DNA of 64,000 bases from a virus. Its lineage: Duplodnaviria; Heunggongvirae; Uroviricota; Caudoviricetes. The notes under the pieces were generated by a model, which saw only the letters and a list, made by a program, of their open reading frames with translations, was not told where the DNA came from and did not search any database. Positions 19,082 to 28,939 of this stretch are shown here, piece by piece; position 1 is the stretch's first letter; each line of letters starts with the position of its first letter. The translations under genes and the position numbers were made by a program. The stretch lies in IMG/VR virus record IMGVR_UViG_3300050821_018098, one strand, 5' to 3'.

Positions 19082-20641
19082 ATGTTAAAGAAAGAACAAA
19101 TCCGTCAGATAATATCTGAAATAATCGAACAACATCCAGACATCGCAAAAGAAGATAGAACACCACATCATCTGTTAGCTGGCGAAATGATCGCAAAAAA
19201 GGTCCTCCAATATCTATGGCCAGATCAAAAAATTGAAATGCCTGGGGATATGGGTGTTATGGTATTACACAAATTTGATGATATCCCTATGGATGCTGTA
19301 TTCCTTAATAAGGAATTCAATCAATTAAATCTAGAAAATGTTGTTTCTTCCGATAGACCACCATCTCAATTCACAAAACAAGAGCAGAGTAAATTTTACG
19401 TTACTACAAAAAACCAACCTACACTGGTTTTCCTTAGAACCACTAGTCCGGAACTTAAATACAAATTGTTCTGTGTAAGCATGGAAACTAATGAATCAAT
19501 CTTATCAACTTTTAATTTGAATGCTTTACAAGTTGGTATAGATGTTTTAGAAGAGAAATTGTATTTTACAAAAGAGTTTGAAGATTTTGTGAATACTAAA
19601 CAACTCTACGTAACATCTATTTTTAATCCTAACAGTACAATTATTGATTTGATTGTAATGGCAAATACAATTCCTTGCTACTGTGATATTAATGAGGAAC
19701 TTTTGTTACTTGCTCAACCATATTACTATAATAAGGTTACACATTTAACCGTAGATGTTGTTACCTATGAAGAATATCAGAGAGCGAACAGCTATTTCCC
19801 AAATCTTTTCAAGTATTTTTCATACGATAAAAAAGAACAAACGATTTCACCTAAAGAAGATACTCTTCCTCAGGAGACAAGACTTTTAGACATTGCGAGT
19901 GAAGATTTTCAAATGTTCTTGAATTATTGGAAATTGTATAAAAGAAATAGTGTTAGTAAATCTAACCGTGAAAAGTTCGATAAAATATTTACGTTCACTT
20001 TTACGAAGTATTACATTCTGGCTAACCTAGAGTATTATGACTTCAAAAAAGAGCCGGTTGTTGTAGAGATGAAACATCTTGATGATATGTTGATTAAACA
20101 CCCTTCTTTAAATAAGCTTATTAGTGAAATCGGTATTCATGAACAATTAATATTTTGTGAGACCATACGAGATTACATGAGACAATATAACGAATGGGTT
20201 ATAGGTTTCCTTGAAACAAACGATAAACTCTTCAAAGAAGGTAATGTTATTGATTATAATAAAATTACAGAACTTCTTGAAAAAGAAGTTAAGCGTCTAA
20301 ACGAGCCTCTAATAGAGACTTTGGATTTACGTGAGTTCAAATACAGATCTTATGTTGAAGAGCTCCATACACCATTAAAATTACAAGTTGAGGGTAAGAA
20401 AATGCACCATTGCGTAGGAGGTTACTCTAACCAGGTAGAATCTGGACAATCACGTATCTTCCATATTGAAACGGACAATCTTACATTATCTACACTTGAA
20501 ATTGGTGTATCTGGAAAAGATGATAACATGAGTTTCAGTGTAAGACAACATAAAAATGTTAATAATAAAGAACCCGAAGCAGAAAATATCAAAATTGCTA
20601 AGGAACTAGTTGAATTCTTAAGCAAAAAATTCGGTTCTTAA
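19082..20641 (+). CDS. hypothetical protein with PcfJ-like C-terminal motif
   Basis: QVEGKKMHHCVGGYSNQVESGQSRIFHI resembles the PcfJ-like domain (EG..M.HC...Y) signature. Confidence 0.3.
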   Translation: MLKKEQIRQIISEIIEQHPDIAKEDRTPHHLLAGEMIAKKVLQYLWPDQKIEMPGDMGVMVLHKFDDIPMDAVFLNKEFNQLNLENVVSSDRPPSQFTKQEQSKFYVTTKNQPTLVFLRTTSPELKYKLFCVSMETNESILSTFNLNALQVGIDVLEEKLYFTKEFEDFVNTKQLYVTSIFNPNSTIIDLIVMANTIPCYCDINEELLLLAQPYYYNKVTHLTVDVVTYEEYQRANSYFPNLFKYFSYDKKEQTISPKEDTLPQETRLLDIASEDFQMFLNYWKLYKRNSVSKSNREKFDKIFTFTFTKYYILANLEYYDFKKEPVVVEMKHLDDMLIKHPSLNKLISEIGIHEQLIFCETIRDYMRQYNEWVIGFLETNDKLFKEGNVIDYNKITELLEKEVKRLNEPLIETLDLREFKYRSYVEELHTPLKLQVEGKKMHHCVGGYSNQVESGQSRIFHIETDNLTLSTLEIGVSGKDDNMSFSVRQHKNVNNKEPEAENIKIAKELVEFLSKKFGS

Positions 20642-20813
20642 AATGCATGAGGTTTTACATTTGTTGGGTTTGTGCCCAGATAGTTTATCACATTTTGATT
20701 TGATTGATTTTATGATTGCTCAAGAGCAAATATTTATTAGTCGATTCAATATAAAGTATGGTCTGTTCTACCTGATAGACAAAATAAAACTTATACATCT
20801 TTGGATATAATAG

Positions 20814-20840
20814 AAAAAGGCCTCGAATTGAGGCCTTTTT
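20814..20840. terminator. bidirectional rho-independent terminator
   Basis: aaaaa-ggcctc-gaatt-gaggcc-ttttt perfect stem flanked by A and T runs. Confidence 0.8.
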
Positions 20841-20999
20841 CTATACTGCTGTTATTTCAACTCTTGAACTTCCTTCATCACCTTCACAAATAGGTACCCA
20901 AAAATGTCTTATATCCTTCACTCCTAACAATTTAATATCATCAGTTGATATATTATAATCTTCCATAAGTCTAAGAATTTTTTGCTCTGCTATAACCCT

Positions 21000-21191
21000 T
21001 TAAAATCCTTTTACATTTATATAATACGTAACAAATAATAGGGTATCACTCAAAGGTTTTTGATTTCCTTTTTTTAGTTCAACATTCAAATTAACAAGAG
21101 CTCTATCCTTACCATTTAATAAAATGTATTTTGGTTTTTTTCTAAAAAGTTTTCTGATTTTATCAAATAATGTTCTAAATATTTTGTACAT
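21000..21191 (-). CDS. small basic hypothetical protein
   Basis: 63-aa Lys-rich ORF directly downstream of helicase gene. Confidence 0.25.
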   Translation of the reverse strand: MYKIFRTLFDKIRKLFRKKPKYILLNGKDRALVNLNVELKKGNQKPLSDTLLFVTYYINVKGF

Positions 21192-21194
21192 GGT

Positions 21195-22811
21195 TTATGT
21201 AGTTACGTTCATATAAACAATAGCTTCCAGCATATACTTTGGTATAAATTTTATGGATCTTTGCCGAACAGTGCTAAAAGAAGCATCCATAATAAATGTT
21301 TCAGCCCAGTCTGTCTCAGATCTTATACTCCGGCCATAAGTTTGTACTAAGTCTGCTACAGTTTTCCAATTATACCAATCCGGATTAAGTTCTAATCTTC
21401 TTTTAACTTTTTTAGACCCTAAACTAGGATAAGGCATTTTAATTATAATTTGAAACCTTGATAGATCATCTTTTAAGTCAATTCCAGTATTCATTGAGGG
21501 TGAGACTAATATAGTAGGTTTTTTAGACTTTTGATGCATGAATAAAGCCTCATCTCTATTCTGACTTGTATGGAAAATTAATCTATCATCTTTTATCTCG
21601 TCTCTGATCCAATTAGATAATTCATAAGTATTCGTATGAATTATTCCTTTATGATCTTTGTATTTCTTCAAAACTTTCTTTATATAAGGCACCATATCCT
21701 GGAAAGCTATCGTTTTATTATCCTTGGTCATTTTACCAATTGGCATATAATAAATTTGTCTGTTCTCAACAGGGAAAGGTGATGGTATAGAGATCCAATG
21801 TGTTTTTTCAACATCAACTCCCATTAATTTTGAGAACATTTTCTTGTCTAACATAGTACCACTCATTAAAATAACATGCTTGTATTTACTCCATACAAGT
21901 TGTCTTAGATACTCAGCTGACCATACAGGCTCAGCAATAATAGATATTTCGTTATGACTATTGTATTGTTGTTCCAACACCCAGTTATCTGGATCTGCTT
22001 CATACTGTTCTACGAAATATTGAATTTTATCTAGAAAGCCGTTACCATCTCTTATTAATTTCAAATAATCTTTAACAACTGTAGCATCAGTTTTTATCGC
22101 TTCCTGCATTTCAGTTACTACACGTCTTATATCAGGTGAAATGTTCTCAGTAAGCATTTTAATAAATGGTCCTATCTTATCAAGATCAGGAAGGTTTCTT
22201 TCATAAAATGCTAAACGTTCAGCTGGAAGCTTAAATCTTTTTAAATATCGGTAACTTACAGACACACTAATAAAATCAGAAAAAAGTTCTTCGAAATTAT
22301 GAGCCTCATCAATGATAAGTAGATTTGCTTGTCTTTGATCCAGGATAGCCGGCACAAATATAGAGTACATATCAAATAAATGGAAATTAGTTAAGCTTAT
22401 ATCGCCACTTTTCCAGTTTTTCATTGCTGTATCATAAGGACAGTCTTCACATTTAACTTTGTTCATGTCACACATATCCTTACCAAGCTCACAATCACAA
22501 TTGAATTTATCACATCTGTAATTTGCTTTACCCCATAAATTATTAATAAAATCAAACTCTTCGAAATATTGAGTCTGTAACATCTTGGAACAAGTAAGTA
22601 AATCTACCTTAGCTTTTCCATTGATATTTTTTTTATAGTAGTCGCAAATTTGTAAACAAACAATGGATTTGCCACTCCCAGTCGGAAGATCCAGCATTAT
22701 ACATGTTTTACCATCTTCCATAATTGCCTTTTTAGTTTCTTCTAATGCTTCAACCTGAATATCTCTCAGCATTACCAAATCAACAACTTCTTTTAAACTA
22801 CTATACTTCAT
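21195..22811 (-). CDS. SF2 DNA helicase of the DinG/XPD (Rad3) family with Fe-S cluster domain
   Basis: Walker A LDLPTGSGKS, DEAH box IIDEAHN, four-Cys cluster CDKFNCDC...CEDCPYD between motifs I and II, motif VI VQTYGRSIRS. Confidence 0.75.
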   Translation of the reverse strand: MKYSSLKEVVDLVMLRDIQVEALEETKKAIMEDGKTCIMLDLPTGSGKSIVCLQICDYYKKNINGKAKVDLLTCSKMLQTQYFEEFDFINNLWGKANYRCDKFNCDCELGKDMCDMNKVKCEDCPYDTAMKNWKSGDISLTNFHLFDMYSIFVPAILDQRQANLLIIDEAHNFEELFSDFISVSVSYRYLKRFKLPAERLAFYERNLPDLDKIGPFIKMLTENISPDIRRVVTEMQEAIKTDATVVKDYLKLIRDGNGFLDKIQYFVEQYEADPDNWVLEQQYNSHNEISIIAEPVWSAEYLRQLVWSKYKHVILMSGTMLDKKMFSKLMGVDVEKTHWISIPSPFPVENRQIYYMPIGKMTKDNKTIAFQDMVPYIKKVLKKYKDHKGIIHTNTYELSNWIRDEIKDDRLIFHTSQNRDEALFMHQKSKKPTILVSPSMNTGIDLKDDLSRFQIIIKMPYPSLGSKKVKRRLELNPDWYNWKTVADLVQTYGRSIRSETDWAETFIMDASFSTVRQRSIKFIPKYMLEAIVYMNVTT

Positions 22812-22945
22812 ATGAAAATTCTATATAGAAGTTATATAAGGAAGTCATAGTAAGTTTTCATCTTAAATTGAAATATGAGTAATTGTGTAAATTTAATTCA
22901 TAAGCGGAATCTAAATATATAAAGTAACAAAGTAAAAATATTAAA

Positions 22946-23266
22946 ATGACTGTTTTAAAGTATAAAGAGTTCGTCGAACAACAAAACAATTTTCCAAGGA
23001 CTCTGGTGAATCCAAATACGGATTTAGCAGAAGATGATAAACGCCATTACTTTAAAACTATTATAGCTGATCTTAAGAAAACTCTAATAGAACTTTATGA
23101 TATTAAGGATAAAAGAAGTAAAGATATAATAAAGAAATTTTGGAGTATGCCGGAAACGAAAGCTATTATAGAAGATTGTCTAGGTAAGTATCCACAGATT
23201 CTTCCTCATGTATGTTCACAAAGGATATTGAAAGAACTTGAATACGTTATAAATGAAACGGAGTAA
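22946..23266 (+). CDS. hypothetical protein (N-terminus MTVLKYKEFVEQ resembles the shared leader)
   Basis: 106-aa ORF. Confidence 0.3.
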   Translation: MTVLKYKEFVEQQNNFPRTLVNPNTDLAEDDKRHYFKTIIADLKKTLIELYDIKDKRSKDIIKKFWSMPETKAIIEDCLGKYPQILPHVCSQRILKELEYVINETE

Positions 23267-23795
23267 CTTTTTTATCTGTGATTATAATCAGTGGATATAT
23301 CTAAATGATCCAAGGGTTACATCATTATCTGAAGAATTTTTTACAGATATGTTAAAGAATTTTTGTCAAAAATATGATCCTAAATTTCCTCAGTTATATA
23401 AAAAACTCATATCAACAGATCCTTACTGTATTATAAACGCATCCACAATGAGCGAAAAGAATTTTTATTTTGATAATACAATAGATCCGATAAACTGGAA
23501 AGTATTTCCTGACCGAAGAAAATCTTTAACATGTTTTAATTATAAAGAAAACGATCCAGGAAATCTGTATATTGTTATCCCTTATGATGGAGCTAATTTT
23601 GGTATATGCCCAGGAGCTTATTTTTCTGAATGCGTAATTAAAGAATCAAAAGATTTGATTGAGCAAGGATTCACAAGAGCTTATTATAATAACCCTATTG
23701 AATGGCTTAAAGGTCTTAATAAAAGAGAACTATGGACCGATGATAGTTGCTTATTAATATCTCAACAACAATGGGAGAACTTTTTCAAGAAATAA
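23253..23795 (+). CDS. hypothetical protein
   Basis: 180-aa ORF overlapping previous stop. Confidence 0.3.
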   Translation: MKRSNFFICDYNQWIYLNDPRVTSLSEEFFTDMLKNFCQKYDPKFPQLYKKLISTDPYCIINASTMSEKNFYFDNTIDPINWKVFPDRRKSLTCFNYKENDPGNLYIVIPYDGANFGICPGAYFSECVIKESKDLIEQGFTRAYYNNPIEWLKGLNKRELWTDDSCLLISQQQWENFFKK

Positions 23796-23796
23796 T

Positions 23797-24024
23797 TTAT
23801 TTCTTGTGACTAGTATGTTCCTTTATGAATTCAGTGCCTTTTTTATAAATATCAGAGCCCTCTATCATTTTAATACTGCTATTTAAAAAAGGTATTTTAC
23901 TTTTTATGAATATGAAAGATGTTGGATCTAGTTTTATAAGTATTATAATACCAATTATACCTCCTGGTATAACTATACAAAGACCAAAAAGTAATAAAAA
24001 AACAAGTAATTTAAATTTATACAT
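23797..24024 (-). CDS. small membrane protein
   Basis: 75-aa ORF with strongly hydrophobic core (LLVFLLLFGLCIVIPGGIIGIIILI). Confidence 0.3.
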   Translation of the reverse strand: MYKFKLLVFLLLFGLCIVIPGGIIGIIILIKLDPTSFIFIKSKIPFLNSSIKMIEGSDIYKKGTEFIKEHTSHKK

Positions 24025-26224
24025 TTGTAAATATATCCTCAGCTTTTATCAAATCTCTTTTAATCCACGACTTTAGTTTACTATACCTATGATTATCCAT
24101 AATAGCTTTATCGACTTTACAACCTTTACTAATAAGATATTTAGTTGTTTTTAAATTTTGTTTTTCAATAGCTTCTCTTAATAATTCATTATTTCTAAAT
24201 GTTATATCAGCATTTTTTTCTTCTATTAACCATTTTAAAATTTTAAATATATTTTCTATTTTTACTTTGTCAGATTCATAATATGATGAAATACAATTTA
24301 ATACATATTCACCATAATGACTATCCACTTTCTTTTCTTCTGATGTTCTGTTTTTAAGCCAATAAGAATCACCGTTATTAGGATCCATTTTTAATGTGCT
24401 TAATAAATATTTAAACATTTCATAATAACCTTCTCGACAACATCTTACTAATTCATGATTATTAGAAAATTGTCTTATAATAGACACTTTTTTCTCTTCA
24501 GCAAAAAATTTAACAAGTTCTAAGTTATTGGAATTTACAGCTTCTATAAATAAAGATTCGTTAAAATTTCGCTCGCTTAAAGAGTCACTATGCCTCATAC
24601 CATCTTTTGACCAATCAGCTTTACTATATTCATCAAAAAACTCTTTGTTCATTTTATTTTTAATATAAAAATCTAACCTATATGCTCTATATTTATTAGG
24701 TTTTTCTTCTGTTAAAAGTAACTTTTTAACGTCATCAATTTTATTATTTTTTACCATCCAAGAACCTAGTTGAGACCACTTATCATAACCTATTACACCA
24801 GTTTCCTTCCATACTTTGTAACAATTCGTCATATCACCTAACTTATAATAAGCATCAAATTTATTTACAGGATCTTTAATAGTATCTTCAATTAGCTCAG
24901 AAAGGAATATTTTATAACTTTTGTCTATAGTATAATAATAATTTCTATAAACATTTATAATTTGTAGTATATAATTTTCGTTTTTTACATATTTCTTAAC
25001 AATATCAACAAATTGATCGAATAGAGATTTATTTTGTAGAAAATAAGTAATCACATTAGGTAGATATTTTGCTACATCTATACGGTCCAGATTATTTAAA
25101 AATAATTCACTTTGTTTATCTCTAAAAATTTTACCTGGTGCCTCACACAAAAGATCCATTTGTTGATCAATAGATAATTTTGAAATATACAATAAGAAAA
25201 TATTATTATTTTTAGAAGAAAGTAAATAATTTACAAGTTCTAGTTTGTTGGCAAACTTTAAAGCTTTTGATTTATTAATAGCTTGTTCAGAATCTAATAC
25301 CTTTATAACACTTGTAGGTATACCAGTTTGTTCTAAATATTTTGTTTTGTTTATACCTACTAAAGGTGTATCATCCTTTTTATGTGCAAAATTCATTTTA
25401 CCGTCTTGTTCTACAGTGAAACCTACAAGAAATAATTTGTCTGTAATATCTTTTTCAAACCACCAAGAAAAATATTGTGCTGCTAAAATATTTTTTGTAT
25501 ACTGTTGAAAATAACTAATACTTCTACTGATACACCAAGCATCAGAACCAAATTTTTTAGAAGCATCAAATGTCAGTATACGACAAACAATAACACCCTT
25601 ATTTATGTCTGTATAAACAATATCTACATCTGTATCACTTTTTAAGTTAGTCAGTAATGTCTCATAATTAGCACTAAAACTTCTTTTAGAAACAAAAGAA
25701 ATCAAAGAACTTAAAAGTGATTGAAAATCTTTAAAAACACTCAATTTCTTTATCAGATCTGATTTATCAGGAAGATCATAAAATAATATAGCAGCCTCTT
25801 TAAATTTATTTTTATTTTCTTGTGTTTGATTATCAACAATATTTTTTAAGTTAGATGGTAGTTCATTAAAAATTTTATTAGCTTTATTGTCACGTTCAAC
25901 TTGATTCATAGCATCTTCCAATTTTTCAGGACCATCTAAAATGTAATCAACCGGAGATTTAGGTAGTTTTTGAATAAGATTATTCCTTTTAAAAAACTCT
26001 AACCTATCAACTAACTTTTTAGCATCATCAAACATAAATTTAAATTCATAATAAAAATATATAAGCATGTAAACATAACCTAAACAATTTTTACTACTAC
26101 AAAATTCTGTATATTGTTTCAGTATTCCGTCACCACTAGGATGTTTTTCAGCCAAATATTTTTTAGCTTTTTGTACATCCTCATTAATAGGTCGAAAATC
26201 ATCAAATTTTTTAAAAAACTTCAT
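24017..26224 (-). CDS. large hypothetical protein with CTS-like leader (MKFFKKFDDFRPINE) and ankyrin-like repeats near C-terminus; candidate injected effector
   Basis: 735-aa ORF; C-terminal NNHELVRCCREGYYEMFKYLLS and RNNELLREAIEKQNLKTTKYLISKGCKVD resemble ankyrin repeat consensus. Confidence 0.4.
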   Translation of the reverse strand: MKFFKKFDDFRPINEDVQKAKKYLAEKHPSGDGILKQYTEFCSSKNCLGYVYMLIYFYYEFKFMFDDAKKLVDRLEFFKRNNLIQKLPKSPVDYILDGPEKLEDAMNQVERDNKANKIFNELPSNLKNIVDNQTQENKNKFKEAAILFYDLPDKSDLIKKLSVFKDFQSLLSSLISFVSKRSFSANYETLLTNLKSDTDVDIVYTDINKGVIVCRILTFDASKKFGSDAWCISRSISYFQQYTKNILAAQYFSWWFEKDITDKLFLVGFTVEQDGKMNFAHKKDDTPLVGINKTKYLEQTGIPTSVIKVLDSEQAINKSKALKFANKLELVNYLLSSKNNNIFLLYISKLSIDQQMDLLCEAPGKIFRDKQSELFLNNLDRIDVAKYLPNVITYFLQNKSLFDQFVDIVKKYVKNENYILQIINVYRNYYYTIDKSYKIFLSELIEDTIKDPVNKFDAYYKLGDMTNCYKVWKETGVIGYDKWSQLGSWMVKNNKIDDVKKLLLTEEKPNKYRAYRLDFYIKNKMNKEFFDEYSKADWSKDGMRHSDSLSERNFNESLFIEAVNSNNLELVKFFAEEKKVSIIRQFSNNHELVRCCREGYYEMFKYLLSTLKMDPNNGDSYWLKNRTSEEKKVDSHYGEYVLNCISSYYESDKVKIENIFKILKWLIEEKNADITFRNNELLREAIEKQNLKTTKYLISKGCKVDKAIMDNHRYSKLKSWIKRDLIKAEDIFTNV

Positions 26225-26305
26225 ATATTATATATCAAATATAAGAATTTAATATGAAAGTTCATTTTTATGTTTTAAATTTGTATCCACGTAAAAAATA
26301 TTAAA

Positions 26306-26557
26306 ATGATCTGGCATTATGTACTTTGGACAATATTAGGATATATTATTGGTAGAGCAATGTTTAAATATGTAATCATTTTTTGTAAAGAAATTTTAGA
26401 AATAAAAAAAGGAATGACAATAATATTAACTATCATATCACATATACCTATAGTGAATATGTTATTTTCTCTTTTGTTTTTTATGTTTGTAATTATTTTA
26501 GCTTCTATAGGTTACAGTATCTACTATTTTTTAAAATACATAAAATATATAGACTAA
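26306..26557 (+). CDS. small membrane protein
   Basis: 83-aa ORF, two hydrophobic segments. Confidence 0.3.
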   Translation: MIWHYVLWTILGYIIGRAMFKYVIIFCKEILEIKKGMTIILTIISHIPIVNMLFSLLFFMFVIILASIGYSIYYFLKYIKYID

Positions 26558-26760
26558 TGGAAGAGCAAAGACAAAAATGTATCGTTGAATATCATATAGC
26601 TACTTATTCAGGTGAGGAAATTGTTTACTGTGATAGTAATGATGATAATGATTTTATTATATCAAAAGCGAAGAATCAATTAAAAAGAAAGGCTGGTGTG
26701 TTTCCATTTGGTTACCAATCCTTTAAAATTATTGAACGAGAAGACTATGATGGTGAATAA
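26557..26760 (+). CDS. hypothetical protein
   Basis: 67-aa ORF, start overlapping previous stop. Confidence 0.25.
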   Translation: MEEQRQKCIVEYHIATYSGEEIVYCDSNDDNDFIISKAKNQLKRKAGVFPFGYQSFKIIEREDYDGE

Positions 26761-27029
26761 TGGCTAGAAATGAAAATAAATTATCTTTGATTTATGATAA
26801 AAGACAAAATGATTTTGTTACAAAATTTCCAAGAAGCTGTGATGGTGCTCTAATTATGCATACTTTATTATCTGATATTCTTCGATATAGTTGGGAAAAA
26901 GAATATAAACAACAGAAGCCAGCTTATAATGTATTTAATCTTAAAGAAGAGTTAGAAAGTAGAGGGTATGATTTAACAACTTTAAAGTTTTCTATCGAAC
27001 TGAAAAAATTAGATAGCGAAAGTAAATAG
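26760..27029 (+). CDS. hypothetical protein
   Basis: 89-aa ORF, start overlapping previous stop. Confidence 0.25.
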   Translation: MARNENKLSLIYDKRQNDFVTKFPRSCDGALIMHTLLSDILRYSWEKEYKQQKPAYNVFNLKEELESRGYDLTTLKFSIELKKLDSESK

Positions 27030-27416
27030 TTTATTTTCTTTTAAAAATGAAAAATTATCACCGGCACCCCAACTAAACTTACCAGCTGCTTTTTCAAACC
27101 CATTATATTTCAACATTCTTATTTGTTCATCATCCGAATATTTTACAAAGCAACAATCCTGTTTAGGTTTGAACATATTATTAAATTCAATACCATCAAA
27201 ACGAAGTTCATTATCTGTCTTTCTAGTATCCTGTAAAATATAAGCCTCTTTTATTTGACTTTCAGTGATGTAATTAACAATTTCTACCTGATAACCTTTA
27301 TCTTCAGCAATCCTCATAAGTTTTAACATCCTAAGATTATTCATATCTTCCGAAAGTGAATTATCCCAGGATGTAACTATTAAATATGCATTTTTTGCTT
27401 TTTTCGGTAAATTCAT
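27009..27416 (-). CDS. hypothetical protein
   Basis: 135-aa ORF. Confidence 0.3.
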   Translation of the reverse strand: MNLPKKAKNAYLIVTSWDNSLSEDMNNLRMLKLMRIAEDKGYQVEIVNYITESQIKEAYILQDTRKTDNELRFDGIEFNNMFKPKQDCCFVKYSDDEQIRMLKYNGFEKAAGKFSWGAGDNFSFLKENKLFTFAI

Positions 27417-27437
27417 AACCTATATATTCAAGCCGAA

Positions 27438-28658
27438 TCACAAATAGAGTTCTTGTTTAAATTGTGAATGCCATAAATTCTCAACATGATTTGTAAATAT
27501 TGGCTGAATCATAGCTAGATTACTTTTCTGAAAATAAACAGAATCGTGAACAGTGAAAAGAACTGTCTTAGGATCCTCTTTCTTAATGTCTTTAACAATA
27601 TTATCAAACATTAAAGTTGATTCTATCTTCTGTAACTCCCAGGATAAGGCTCTATAATCGTTAATTTTGTATTTATATTCACTTATCCATCTGTATATTT
27701 TAGGATATATTTTTTTGAATATATTATTGTGCCAACAATGTATAGATTTACCAAAGAAAACTTTAAATATAAGTTTTTTTGCATCGTTCCTAGTAATATC
27801 TGCCTCATTCATAAAATCTTCATAAAACTCACCCTTCCGGACAGCGTTAACAAATCTATCTAATTCATCAGAATCAGAGAAGCCAGACTCTTTAAGAATA
27901 ATTGCTAAGAATAATGGTTGTGCATTTGGTATATCAAGTTCTTCTATCTGTTCACCATGTATAGTCAAGCAATTACTTCTTATATTTTTCTTTAATACAG
28001 TGAAATTTGTATGCATCCTACCAAATTTATCAAATGACCAGAAAAATGATTCGTCTGCAATAGATTCAATACTATATTGGTTTTTTCTATATTGACTTAA
28101 TCTTAAACATCCTATATCATAATAGTTATTTAATAATCTTGCAGCTTTTTCAAAATCAAGTTTTATAAAGTATAAATCTTCTATAAGAGATTTACGAACA
28201 GGATCCAATTCTTTTTGATATCCAGAGGGTTCATCCATATGTGATAACTTATAATCACGCCATTTCTTCATATAAACATTATCAGTACATTTCACCCGGA
28301 TACAGTGTCCCTTACTCACATCACTAGTTAAAGCATAAGTCTTTGCTTTATAACCTACACGGTAATTTGATATCATATCAATAAAACCAACTTGTTCTAA
28401 ATATGAAATATATGCCTTATAGTATCCACCATATTTTTCTTTCACAATATCAGCACAAAGATTTAATGTATCATGACCATTGAAGTGATAATTGATTACA
28501 AAAGTGTGTATCAGATCAAAAAGATAATCTGTTTTAAGATTTTTATTTCCTGACTCAATACTTCTATGTTCTCTCAGGAAGCCTAAGTTTTCAGGGATAA
28601 ATCTTAACACATGTGTCTTATCCATTATTTTTTGTACGAAAAATTCAGATTTATTCAT
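27438..28658 (-). CDS. minimal family-A (PolA/T7-like) polymerase-domain protein lacking exonuclease domains
   Basis: Motif A-like ELDIPNAQPLFLAII (D...Q...LA), motif B/O-helix-like RNDAKKLIFKVFFGKS (RxxAKxxxFxxxFGxS vs RRxAKxxNFGxxYGxS), motif C-like LFTVHDSVYFQ (VHDE-like), in A-B-C order with A-B spacing like Klenow. Confidence 0.5.
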   Translation of the reverse strand: MNKSEFFVQKIMDKTHVLRFIPENLGFLREHRSIESGNKNLKTDYLFDLIHTFVINYHFNGHDTLNLCADIVKEKYGGYYKAYISYLEQVGFIDMISNYRVGYKAKTYALTSDVSKGHCIRVKCTDNVYMKKWRDYKLSHMDEPSGYQKELDPVRKSLIEDLYFIKLDFEKAARLLNNYYDIGCLRLSQYRKNQYSIESIADESFFWSFDKFGRMHTNFTVLKKNIRSNCLTIHGEQIEELDIPNAQPLFLAIILKESGFSDSDELDRFVNAVRKGEFYEDFMNEADITRNDAKKLIFKVFFGKSIHCWHNNIFKKIYPKIYRWISEYKYKINDYRALSWELQKIESTLMFDNIVKDIKKEDPKTVLFTVHDSVYFQKSNLAMIQPIFTNHVENLWHSQFKQELYL

Positions 28659-28939
28659 AAATTATAAAAGGGAAATGTATTAGTTATGTTGCATACTTTA
28701 TGAAAAGTTTTTCTTGTGTAGATAAATATTTAGAAAAAAGTTATTGATAGTACAAAATATATACTAGCAAATTCGCATTACTAACTTAATGAAACATTCG
28801 AATGATATAATTAAAAATTTACGCCTGGAAATAGTAAAAAAGGCTAAAGATTATCAAAGAGATCTTAGAATTGTATACTTGGCTGCATCTACAGAAGTCC
28901 TTAAAGAAGGAGTTAAGGCTAAATAAATTTTTCTTCATA

